From contig JAKURL010000002.1 of NCBI GenBank assembly GCA_022449345.1, forward strand, positions 36,302-100,301: a stretch of DNA of 64,000 bases, in the 5' to 3' direction. Source of the stretch: Candidatus Thalassarchaeum sp. (GTDB lineage: Archaea > Thermoplasmatota > Poseidoniia > Poseidoniales > Thalassarchaeaceae). The translations under genes were made by a program, and so were the position numbers. The notes below the pieces were generated by a model. It had not been told where the DNA came from, did no database searches, and was given only the letters and a program-made list of their open reading frames with translations. Positions 19,730 through 28,626 of the stretch are shown here, one piece after another (positions within the stretch are counted from its first letter, which is position 1; each line of letters starts with the position of its first letter).

Positions 19730-20719
19730 TCAGAGAACAGCTTTCAGGTCCACGCCTAGAGATCCGAAGATCTCTGCGAGAGAAGCCGAAGCCATTTCCA
19801 GCGCAGTCTGAGGACTCATCGAACCATCGGTTTCGAAACTGAAGATGAATTCTCCAGGTACGTCCTCAATGGTGATTGCTTCCTTGAAATCGACCTTATT
19901 CTCGGTTCCATCGCCAACGTGGTATAGTTCCCTTGCGAGTGTCTCAACCTTCTCCTGATCCTCAAGGCGTCCGTTCTTGTCGAAGTCCTTTGCATTGATT
20001 TTGAGATTCAAATCCCAGAGAATCTTTGCCTTGGTCTTGTTATTCAAGATTCCAACTTGTCGAGGAACGAAAGCGGTACCACAAACCGGCGACCATTTTG
20101 CGTGCTGGCTACCGCGACCCATAACTGCGGTCGCGTAGAACTCCAACATCTGTCCCTTGTACAACTTGGTAATTGGAATATCTCGGTAATGCTCTGGAAT
20201 CTCTAGACTCTGGTCACCTAGGTAAATCATATCACCAGCAGTTACGGTGATTCCCTCTTCTGTACCGAATGCTTTGCAGGTGTAAATCATGTTACAGGCA
20301 GGACATCCACGATCTTCTGGAACCAACTCCTTGCAATTCGGACAGGTTTCCTCATAGTGGAACTGCTTGTGATCGGTTGGGATTGGAATCATCGCAAGTC
20401 GTTGAGCGACCATCTCATCGGGTAGTGAACCGTTCGTTTCCCATACCGTGAAATCAACGCCTTCCTTCTCCAACTTCTTCTCACACTGGTTACACCCTGA
20501 ACCGCCAGCGGATTCACGGGCTGCAGCAGCAGGATTCAGGTGTCCGCAGGACAAACATAGATCGAAAGAGCCCATTTGGAATCTAACGGTCTCGATTGCC
20601 ATCTTCGGAGTTTCCGACATTAGAGTTCGACGCAGTGCATTTGCAAATGCGCGGTCGCAATCTTTGAGCAGGAGTTTGATATTCTCCATTCCTTCTTCGA
20701 GAACTTGTATCTTTACCAT
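19730..20719 (-). CDS. rpoD: DNA-directed RNA polymerase subunit D (Rpo3) with a Cys-rich insertion
   Basis: N-terminal MVKIQVLEE...DCDRAFANALRR; sits in the S13-S4-S11-RpoD block; two Cys clusters (CLSCGH...CNQC and CPNC...CPAC); start at the internal Met to avoid overlapping rps11. Confidence 0.85.
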   Translation of the reverse strand: MVKIQVLEEGMENIKLLLKDCDRAFANALRRTLMSETPKMAIETVRFQMGSFDLCLSCGHLNPAAAARESAGGSGCNQCEKKLEKEGVDFTVWETNGSLPDEMVAQRLAMIPIPTDHKQFHYEETCPNCKELVPEDRGCPACNMIYTCKAFGTEEGITVTAGDMIYLGDQSLEIPEHYRDIPITKLYKGQMLEFYATAVMGRGSQHAKWSPVCGTAFVPRQVGILNNKTKAKILWDLNLKINAKDFDKNGRLEDQEKVETLARELYHVGDGTENKVDFKEAITIEDVPGEFIFSFETDGSMSPQTALEMASASLAEIFGSLGVDLKAVL

Positions 20720-20729
20720 TACAATCACC

Positions 20730-21113
20730 TCAGACCCTACGGCCTCTTCGGCCGCCCTTTTTCTTAGTCCCATTAGTTGGGATTGGAGTTACGTCTTCGA
20801 TACGGGTGATTTGGACACCAGCACGAGTAAGTGCACGTATAGCCGCAGTAGCGCCAGGTGCACTGTGTGATCGGTTTCCACCTGCTCCTCGATACTTGAC
20901 GACAACTTGGTCGAATTCTTTCTCTGCTAGCATTTCAGCGATTCGTTCAGCAGCTCTGGTTGCGGCGAATTGGCCACCAGCATCGCTGCCCTTCTTGGTT
21001 ACCATTCCACCGGAGACCTTGGCCAAAGTCTCAGCTCCGGTAAGGTCAGTGGCGGTAATCAACACGTTGTTGTAGGTGCTGAAGATGTGTAAAACAGCCT
21101 TGTGCCCCATCAC
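20730..21113 (-). CDS. rps11: 30S ribosomal protein S11 (uS11)
   Basis: ...[25 protein letters not shown]-terminus; about 127 aa. Confidence 0.9.
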   Translation of the reverse strand: MMGHKAVLHIFSTYNNVLITATDLTGAETLAKVSGGMVTKKGSDAGGQFAATRAAERIAEMLAEKEFDQVVVKYRGAGGNRSHSAPGATAAIRALTRAGVQITRIEDVTPIPTNGTKKKGGRRGRRV

Positions 21114-21802
21114 TCATCGCCTCCTTCTGGAATTGTTTCCTCGACTGTAGGTGCTTCTTCAGCGTCAGCCTTGATTTGTTGCACGAACTCATCGTTGTCT
21201 GTGGTAGCTCTAACTCCGCCAATTTCCTCGAGTTCTTCTTCCTCGGTCTGTCGAGTCATCCGTAGTGTCTCCATCTCGACACGGAAGGGGTGGTTTTCAT
21301 CTTGGTACGGTGAAGTCGCGCTGTACTGGAGAATTTCCTCCTCTTGGCGGCGAATCTTGTAGCCGGGAACTGTCATTCTCTGGTCACCGATTGAGATGTG
21401 TCCGTGGACAATCATGTTTCGAGCAGCGCGCATAGATGGCGCTAGACCACGGTAGTAGACAACTGATTGCAGTCTGCGAGCAAGCATGTGCTCGACAGAA
21501 ATCTGTAGAACATCGTCAACACTGGATCCCTTTGCTAGGAGACCCTTGCGGACAAGTGCGTCGACCAAATTGGCTTTCTCTTGAGCGTAGTGTCCTTCTG
21601 AGGACTCTACTCTACCGATGATTTTCATCGCTTGGTTTCTGTGTCGGCGTAGTGCGGACTTCTCTCGCCAGATCTCACGCATTCCACCGACCTTCTTCAG
21701 GCCGAATTGGTCCTTGAGAGCGTGCTCTTCCTCGATACGAGCAGCCTTCCAAGGGTGAGTGGGAGTCTGTGTCTTAGGTCTTGCAAACTTAGGATGCCCC
21801 AT
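21110..21802 (-). CDS. rps4: 30S ribosomal protein S4 (uS4)
   Basis: Archaeal S4 N-terminus [10 protein letters not shown]... and an S4 RNA-binding domain; 4-nt overlap with rps11. Confidence 0.9.
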   Translation of the reverse strand: MGHPKFARPKTQTPTHPWKAARIEEEHALKDQFGLKKVGGMREIWREKSALRRHRNQAMKIIGRVESSEGHYAQEKANLVDALVRKGLLAKGSSVDDVLQISVEHMLARRLQSVVYYRGLAPSMRAARNMIVHGHISIGDQRMTVPGYKIRRQEEEILQYSATSPYQDENHPFRVEMETLRMTRQTEEEELEEIGGVRATTDNDEFVQQIKADAEEAPTVEETIPEGGDE

Positions 21803-21813
21803 GCTTCATCACC

Positions 21814-22281
21814 TCACTTCTTCCTCTGCACACCGAGTGTGCTACCACTGCGCCCATTGCTGCGTAGGCGCTGTCCGCGCACTTTGTGGCCGCTTCGGTG
21901 GCGCATTCCGCGGTAGGTCTTGATTGCAGCCAAGCGTGCTACATCGTCGTTGCGGGTCAATCTGACCTCAGTTCCGATGATGTGCGCATCTTCGTTAGAC
22001 TGCAAATCGCGTTGTCTGTTGACGAGCCACCAAGGCACGTTCAACGCATATTCATCAATAGTTGTTCGAATCTTGTCTTGCTCCTCGTCGGTCAGATGAC
22101 CACCGAGTTTGTTGCTGTCGATTCCTGCCATGCGGCAAATCTGGCCGGCCGCGCGTTTTCCAACCCCGTTGATGGAAGTCAGACCCTGTGCTATCGGACG
22201 GAGACCATCGATATCAGAGTCAGCAAGTCTCAGGATGTAGGAGAAATCCTCTCCTAGTTCTGCTTCATTCACTTTTGCCAT
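21814..22281 (-). CDS. rps13: 30S ribosomal protein S13 (uS13)
   Basis: IRLADSDIDGLRPIAQGLTSINGVGKRAA...TYRGMRHRSGHKVRGQR. Confidence 0.9.
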   Translation of the reverse strand: MAKVNEAELGEDFSYILRLADSDIDGLRPIAQGLTSINGVGKRAAGQICRMAGIDSNKLGGHLTDEEQDKIRTTIDEYALNVPWWLVNRQRDLQSNEDAHIIGTEVRLTRNDDVARLAAIKTYRGMRHRSGHKVRGQRLRSNGRSGSTLGVQRKK

Positions 22282-22367
22282 AGTACGGTTCCCCCGTGTT
22301 CATCGGTTGCCCGATGGCCCTCATAGGGCATCCCGCCGACCTGCCCTCCATATTTGAAGGAGACGGC

Positions 22368-22382
22368 CGCCCCTACGGGGCG
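22368..22382 (-). terminator. 6-bp GC hairpin (cgcccc-tac-ggggcg) 3' of the methyltransferase gene; the same 13-nt core recurs at 48142-48156
   Basis: Perfect stem visible in the sequence; lies 22 nt downstream of the stop codon at 22404 in the gene's orientation. Confidence 0.3.
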
Positions 22383-22403
22383 TTAAAGCGACCAATCGCC
22401 TTA

Positions 22404-23705
22404 CTACTCCTTACAAACGATGTACAGAGTATGACTGCCGCTTCCTCTTTCCAACTCTAGGTCGACTATGAATCCACGAGCCCCTTCAAACTCCTTCATT
22501 GCCTTGTCCAATCTGCGTTGAAGGGTCGGATGCAAGTCTGGGTCGAGGCTGCATCGAAGAGTCACTTTTCCCACTTCATTTCGAGCAGCCGCGGCCGCTG
22601 TTTGTTCGATAGTGTGTAGTTCAGGAGGAGTGAGTCTGTGTTGAACAATTTCACCACTGGCGATTACAAAGGCATCGATTTCATCATCTCTGGTTAGTGG
22701 ATCGGTGCTGATTAGCAGTGGTCTTCTACCATCTAGCCGTAGCCATGAATGGCCTGCACTTTTGGGAAGAGCTCTGTCTAGCCAAGCCTCGTGCAGGCCA
22801 GATTGAACCAGCGCAGGGTCAACGATTGTTAGGTATGCACCAAAAGGTGGCGGACTACTCATCGAAACCAATTCTGATTTGGCTACCCTGCCCTCTATCG
22901 TCGCCATGATGTTCTTTTTCCCCATTCTTACACATCGAGAGGGTTCTTTGGAGGAAAGAGAGCCAATCCAAACCGACAGCCGGTCAATCCTCCCTCCGCC
23001 TTGGCTAAGGTATTCCCAAGTCCTTGCGATTCCAGGGAAAGAAGTCTCGATTACCGCATCGACCAATGAGCGTTGTTCCTCATTAAGTCGAGGTGAAAGA
23101 TCGAGTAAAATTGCAGGTCCACGTGGTCCGGTTTCAAGGTGATTTGCCCAAGACTTCAGTAGTGGGGCAAGAGCAGGTTCCATTTCGTCGATTTCATGTC
23201 TCTGCGCATCTTTTGGACGGGCGGGGTCAAGGTGCAACATACCGATTGGTGGATGCGCCCTAGTTCCTGCCTCCCTGAGGCTATTCCAGTACGAAACGAT
23301 TGCATCCTCTGCATCTGTTCCATCACCAATCAGAACGCGATCCATGGTTCTCTGTAGATCTTCTTCCCCTCCTGAAATATGCATATTCGCGGCGCAGAGT
23401 AACCCCACATTGGGATCCACTTCTATCGCCAATCCCGGCCGCTTGAGTCTAGTGGTGAATGCAATGAGTTGTACACCACTCCCGGCCGCCGCATCAAGGA
23501 TTACTCCTGCTGGAAGGTCAGCGGCTTCAATCTGCTCTGCTCTAATTTGAGCAACAGACCACGGAGTGGACAATCTTCGCATATCCTCCGTCATGTGGAA
23601 TTTAGGTTCACCCTTCCTGGCTGATTTGGCCTTAGCAACCTTGGAAGCCCTCTTTACAATGTCAGAAGAGGGGTTCAGAGCGTAGTGGCTTGGGCTCTCA
23701 TTCAT
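22404..23705 (-). CDS. class I SAM-dependent methyltransferase; motif I resembles the RNA cap guanine-N2 (Tgs1-like) family
   Basis: VILDAAAGSGVQLIAFTTRLKRPGLAIEVDPN (DxFxGxGxxxIxFA...AI(D/E)xDP pattern). Confidence 0.45.
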   Translation of the reverse strand: MNESPSHYALNPSSDIVKRASKVAKAKSARKGEPKFHMTEDMRRLSTPWSVAQIRAEQIEAADLPAGVILDAAAGSGVQLIAFTTRLKRPGLAIEVDPNVGLLCAANMHISGGEEDLQRTMDRVLIGDGTDAEDAIVSYWNSLREAGTRAHPPIGMLHLDPARPKDAQRHEIDEMEPALAPLLKSWANHLETGPRGPAILLDLSPRLNEEQRSLVDAVIETSFPGIARTWEYLSQGGGRIDRLSVWIGSLSSKEPSRCVRMGKKNIMATIEGRVAKSELVSMSSPPPFGAYLTIVDPALVQSGLHEAWLDRALPKSAGHSWLRLDGRRPLLISTDPLTRDDEIDAFVIASGEIVQHRLTPPELHTIEQTAAAAARNEVGKVTLRCSLDPDLHPTLQRRLDKAMKEFEGARGFIVDLELERGSGSHTLYIVCKE

Positions 23706-23754
23706 GCACTCCGCTCCTTTGTCGAACTCAAGTCCTTTTCGCGTCTAGAGGTTC

Positions 23755-24741
23755 TCATATGGTTGCTCTATCAACCTTCAACTCAAATCGCAACCAAGAC
23801 TCTTGCAGTTCGTGCCCGTCGCTATTTCCGTAGGCGATTGGGGGTGGTAAGAGAGTAACGTGAGTGGTTCCAGTATCTATACCGGGAATTAGTCCTCTAT
23901 CTCCATCGATGTCGAGTCCAATTGCTGACCATCCGAATCCCTGAATGAAATTGTCGTCATCACCCGCGGTGACGATTAGATCACCTTCGTCAAGAAGTTC
24001 ATCAGTGTCGGCATCCCATACCTTGTAATGGACCTCAAGAGTATCTCCATCACTTGCATGCAAATCTCTTGGATTAGAACCTTCGAAGATGTGCACGTCT
24101 AGAATAACTTTAGCCTCTGGAACACGTAGGTGGGAAGCCTGAATCTGGATATCGTGCTCGGTTACCGCATTATTCAGTTCAATCTCGACAATTACAGTTT
24201 CATTTACCCCAATTTCATTTAGGGTTAGATCTGTATCTCCTTCTGAGGCAAATACGACCTCTCCACCAGTTATTTCAAGAACAATATCTAGCGTTTGGTT
24301 ACCTCTATTGTAAACTGCAACACTGGCTCTGTCGTCATCTCCTTGATGCTCCCAATCACATCGCAATTCGCCAGGATAGAGGAAGACTTCGTCCTGTTCA
24401 GAGAGAACATCCGGCCAATCCCAGTCTCCTAATCTAGAGTCACAGGTGTCGAATAACAAGTCAACTTCCCAATACCATCGATCATTTTCATCCTTAAACA
24501 GGTCTTCGTCAGTCATGGAAAATGCATCCTCATTGACCTTTGTGAATACATATACGCTGTATCCAACAACGATTGTTGAAACGATTAGCAGGGCAGCGGT
24601 AGCTAAAGAGAGCAAAATTGCTGCCCGCGGAATCGCCATTTCGTTGATACCAAGCGGTACAGTGGGGTGCTCGACCTCATCGGGAGTATCTGAGATCCAA
24701 CTGCGGGACACGATATGCGACCATACCCCGTCAGTCATCAA
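23755..24741 (-). CDS. membrane-anchored FKBP-type peptidyl-prolyl cis-trans isomerase
   Basis: N-terminal TM (AAILLSLATAALLIVSTIVVGY); C-terminal FKBP domain (GDTLEVHYKVWDADTDELLDEGDL...PGIDTG...PPPIAYG). Confidence 0.7.
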   Translation of the reverse strand: MMTDGVWSHIVSRSWISDTPDEVEHPTVPLGINEMAIPRAAILLSLATAALLIVSTIVVGYSVYVFTKVNEDAFSMTDEDLFKDENDRWYWEVDLLFDTCDSRLGDWDWPDVLSEQDEVFLYPGELRCDWEHQGDDDRASVAVYNRGNQTLDIVLEITGGEVVFASEGDTDLTLNEIGVNETVIVEIELNNAVTEHDIQIQASHLRVPEAKVILDVHIFEGSNPRDLHASDGDTLEVHYKVWDADTDELLDEGDLIVTAGDDDNFIQGFGWSAIGLDIDGDRGLIPGIDTGTTHVTLLPPPIAYGNSDGHELQESWLRFELKVDRATI

Positions 24742-24756
24742 GGTTAGTGTCAGAAG

Positions 24757-27700
24757 TCAATCCTGTAGCAATGCTTCCTCGTTTCTTTGCCCCAGCCAAG
24801 TAACTAGAGCTAATTCAGCGCCTACTACCGCTAGCAATAGGAACAATCCTCCCGCATTAAGTGAAGACGCAGCACCCAGCATTAGCAGTGATGCCCCCAC
24901 TCCTGCCAGAAGATTTCCAAATCCCCAAACACGTAAAATTCGTCGCAAATCAAGAATTCCAACGACCCAAAGGGTCGTTGATATTGAAAACAAGGCAATC
25001 GGATAAAGTAACCATTCATTGACCAATGTTAGGCCAGCTAACATCAGAATGTGGCAATCGATTGCCGCCATCATCGTCCAATGACCATTTCGCATTGGAA
25101 CGGATGCGGCAACTAATCCGAGCATACCAAATCCACCTGCTAGAATTATCCAGTCTAGGTAGTCGAGAATTTGTGGAATTAGGGTGCTCATTGAGTATAG
25201 AACAAGCGGCACGCAAAGTATAGCCAACCCGACACCTTCGACTTGCCGATGTTTGCGTCCAGCATATATTGCATTAGCAACAGCAAGAACTCCAGCAGGG
25301 CCCCAAGACACCATGACGTAAGCCAATGCTCGTAGGCCTCTCCCCGAACTTCCCAAATGTGTCTCTCGACCCACGCTGGATCTTCGTGCATCAATCATTG
25401 CATCGATGATGATTGTGAAGATTAACAAGGCCTCAAGTATTAACCAAGGAATTTGCCATAGGATGAGGTCTCCATCGAAAGGATCTACCGTGAATGGGAA
25501 TGGAAGAGATTCAACCAACAAGGCTCCAATCAACCTTCCCAGAACTAGAGGTAGAACAAACCAATCAATTGCAATCGGAATGCGGTCGAGTAGGTTGTCC
25601 CTTTGGTAGAGAGAAATAATTACGAATTGTAGAATTAGAATTGTCACCACTGCCAAGTCAAGTAATTCTTTGTTACTCGCCCCAGGGCCTAGATGCCCAG
25701 AAATCAAGGCTAGAATCAATCCGATAATCGCGTAGGCAATTGGCATCTCGATTCCCATCACGGTTGGTAAATCGAGGTCTAGTTGTTTGGTTCGCAGTCT
25801 TGCTATTGCAACCAGCACAGTGGCGAAGATTCCCGCAGTAAGAAGAATGAATGGAGAAGAAGAGAAAATTAGTCCCCAAACGATTACAGTGCCAAGGACC
25901 AGAATTAGAACCAGTAGAACGATTGTTGGCCTATGAGATATGTCTGTAGTGTACAACTCAGAGTCATCATCTGTTGCAGTGAGATGCCTTTTCTTCTTGC
26001 GTTTTTGTTCTAATTCGATTCTTTTTGGGTCGAAAGTCGCCAATTCCCCAGTACCTAGGCTTAGTTTTCCGACCTTATCCTGACCAGCCATGGCCAAGAG
26101 TTGGTCTCTTTTGGTCATAGTTCTCAATTCGGCTCTAATTTCTCCTCGTGCGACAAGCCATAGGGTGCTGAGTATGAACAAACCGATACCCGCCATAGCC
26201 GAGGTTTCATTTTCCAATTGTATCGAAAGCCCGATTGTAATCACAAGCAGCCAGAGAGCTGCCGCCGCTGGTTTGAGCAATTTTTCCATCTTCTCCGCGC
26301 GCGGGAGATAGAAAGCCATCACTAGACCAGTGCAGGCGACTGAAGTCATTGACAGATCTAACTCTGGGATTGAGTCCGTCGATTCGAGAATACGGCCTGG
26401 ATCCTTGGAGTAAAGGGCGATGATTAGTGGTAGGGACATCAGAGCCATACCGTTGGTGAAAACCGGCTCATCCTCAGGGTTGCCACGATAGAGTATTGAA
26501 GCGGTGGCGACAAGCATCAGAATTATCCACATTTCATCTAATCCATGCTTCCAACCGAGCGTTGCCACGCTTACTGCAATTATTCCCATAAGCGCAACCG
26601 GTCCACCCAGTCTTCTTCCAACAAATTCGGCTCCAAGGTGGGATAACGATACAGCCCAAACCACCGCTAACAGAGTGATAGCGGTAAATCCACCCGCATG
26701 GGCCATGACGATGATTGTGACCATTGGTAGCCACAATCCCATGGACCACAATTGCAGCACCCCAGAATCACGAATAGATGCTGAAATTTCTGTTATTCCA
26801 AGGAATCCAGATGCGAGATTTACACCTATTTCTCCCAATTGCAAATTGACAATTAGCATCAGTACTACCGAGACGATTAGGTAGGCTGCGAACGGAGTTG
26901 ATGCGAGCTCTATGACATTCCCAGGATCAGTCCAACCATTGCTAATCATCACGGTTCTGAATGATTCGACAACAAACTCCTGTAGCAATACCCAAGTCCA
27001 TGGTAGCAATACTGTAGCACCTGCCAAAGAAGGTGCTTGCCGTATAATCGCAAGGATTGCAGTACCTATGTGTAGGGTGGTTAGAAGTGCAAGGAGTGCA
27101 ATTCCGCCATCGCCTCCGTCCGCCTCTGCTTCTGCAGGAATTAGAATTACCAATAGTAAGAGAACACCTACCGAGCCGACCCATAATACACGGTCAGTAA
27201 CGCGATTCTGATCTCGTAATATAACAAATCCAGTCAGAATCGAGGCAAAAATTGTGAAGGTCTCGTAACGGTCGAAAGGAGATAACGATTCAGTAAATTC
27301 GCCCATAATCAGCAATAGAGAAAACAGTGCTGCTCCGGATAGCAAAGGAATCGCTACTCTGAGCTTTTCAACCCCCCTAACGACTAGGTATGACCCACCA
27401 AATGCCCCCGCGAGGAAGGTGACCATTCCCAAAGCGTATCCAGAGTCCTCTCGACTCGAGGCTACTGCCATTAGTGCCCCAACCATACCTAAGGAAATCG
27501 ATACCCCCCAAAGCCCAGGTTGTCCGAGGCCGGCGACCTTGAATCCCTTTGAGAACCAATTGTCCTCACGCGCGAAGCGCGCGGCCATACTGGCATTGAT
27601 TCCAGATACAATCATCAACAGTAGGAAGAGAATTAGCGGCGTATCTAGAGGTTCAATAATCAATGAACCTGCGGTAAAACCACTAGTAATCGCATGCATA

Positions 27701-28551
27701 CCTATCCAGAGATTGGAGGCAGCGACTCCGAGCGCTGCGAGGTTTCCAGAGCCTCGATGCAGCGCTAGACCATGAAGAAGTAAAGTAGCGATTAGAATCA
27801 TCACTGCGACTCCAATCTCTCCACCGATTGAGCCAGCAGTGGAGCCGATTGCCAAGAGAACTAGAGTCGCTTGGGCGGCAATCGCGTCGTGGTCGTGACG
27901 ATAGGCAACGAATACGTTGAGTGCAACCAGTAAAAGCAACAGAATCGCCAATACTTCTACTGATATCGGAAGGAAACCACCTAATTCCCAGTGGTTTAAC
28001 TCGATTGCAAGACCATAGAGAACTTTCATCGAAATTATGACCCAAGAGACTCCAAGCAAATGCAGATTCTTGTCAGGAACCCATCGCTCACCAAGGGTGA
28101 ATCCGACAGTGGCGAGAACTAGAAGTAACGCTAAGGATACAGCGGGAGGGAATGTTGTACCAGCAACCACACTCAGGGCACTGAAGACGAATATCATCGA
28201 TACCATCAGTGACCAATTGACTCGACGCTCTCCCTCCTTTGCCATCGAAGTCACTATGTCATCCTCTGGAGCACTCAGCACACTCCCATCAGCGGCTATT
28301 GAGCCCGGTTCCTTTCCAGTAGTTTCTTTGAATGGATCGAAGACATCACCTAGGGCATCATCATCTTGAATATTCTCTTCAGCCTCGGACGGTGTGATGC
28401 CGGAATCAACCTCTTCTTTGCCAGCATCACCTAAACCGAGATCACCAATGTCGATGTTTGCACCAATTTTGAATCGACGTTCGCGAATCACGCTGTCGTC
28501 CTTCTCATCGTTCACGCGCCTACGAGGAACGGCATTCGGCGATAACCGCAT
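24757..28551 (-). CDS. very large polytopic integral membrane protein (1264 aa, more than 30 predicted TM segments), function unknown
   Basis: Continuous ORF; hydrophobic helices throughout; hydrophilic acidic N-terminal region of about 110 aa. Confidence 0.7.
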   Translation of the reverse strand: MRLSPNAVPRRRVNDEKDDSVIRERRFKIGANIDIGDLGLGDAGKEEVDSGITPSEAEENIQDDDALGDVFDPFKETTGKEPGSIAADGSVLSAPEDDIVTSMAKEGERRVNWSLMVSMIFVFSALSVVAGTTFPPAVSLALLLVLATVGFTLGERWVPDKNLHLLGVSWVIISMKVLYGLAIELNHWELGGFLPISVEVLAILLLLLVALNVFVAYRHDHDAIAAQATLVLLAIGSTAGSIGGEIGVAVMILIATLLLHGLALHRGSGNLAALGVAASNLWIGMHAITSGFTAGSLIIEPLDTPLILFLLLMIVSGINASMAARFAREDNWFSKGFKVAGLGQPGLWGVSISLGMVGALMAVASSREDSGYALGMVTFLAGAFGGSYLVVRGVEKLRVAIPLLSGAALFSLLLIMGEFTESLSPFDRYETFTIFASILTGFVILRDQNRVTDRVLWVGSVGVLLLLVILIPAEAEADGGDGGIALLALLTTLHIGTAILAIIRQAPSLAGATVLLPWTWVLLQEFVVESFRTVMISNGWTDPGNVIELASTPFAAYLIVSVVLMLIVNLQLGEIGVNLASGFLGITEISASIRDSGVLQLWSMGLWLPMVTIIVMAHAGGFTAITLLAVVWAVSLSHLGAEFVGRRLGGPVALMGIIAVSVATLGWKHGLDEMWIILMLVATASILYRGNPEDEPVFTNGMALMSLPLIIALYSKDPGRILESTDSIPELDLSMTSVACTGLVMAFYLPRAEKMEKLLKPAAAALWLLVITIGLSIQLENETSAMAGIGLFILSTLWLVARGEIRAELRTMTKRDQLLAMAGQDKVGKLSLGTGELATFDPKRIELEQKRKKKRHLTATDDDSELYTTDISHRPTIVLLVLILVLGTVIVWGLIFSSSPFILLTAGIFATVLVAIARLRTKQLDLDLPTVMGIEMPIAYAIIGLILALISGHLGPGASNKELLDLAVVTILILQFVIISLYQRDNLLDRIPIAIDWFVLPLVLGRLIGALLVESLPFPFTVDPFDGDLILWQIPWLILEALLIFTIIIDAMIDARRSSVGRETHLGSSGRGLRALAYVMVSWGPAGVLAVANAIYAGRKHRQVEGVGLAILCVPLVLYSMSTLIPQILDYLDWIILAGGFGMLGLVAASVPMRNGHWTMMAAIDCHILMLAGLTLVNEWLLYPIALFSISTTLWVVGILDLRRILRVWGFGNLLAGVGASLLMLGAASSLNAGGLFLLLAVVGAELALVTWLGQRNEEALLQD

Positions 28552-28626
28552 CCCCGTCGAGCACAGTTGGATTTCAATATCCAGCAGAATTTCTCTCGGC
28601 GGTTATCCGCAATGGTTGAAAGGTGA

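Noticed and set aside
20720-20773. An 18-aa N-terminal extension of rpoD that overlaps rps11
   Set aside because: An internal Met (MVKIQVLEE...) matches the conserved RpoD N-terminus and removes the overlap.
24446-25006. 186-aa ORF on the + strand
   Set aside because: It is antisense to the FKBP and large membrane-protein genes and has a Ser/Thr-rich, composition-driven translation.
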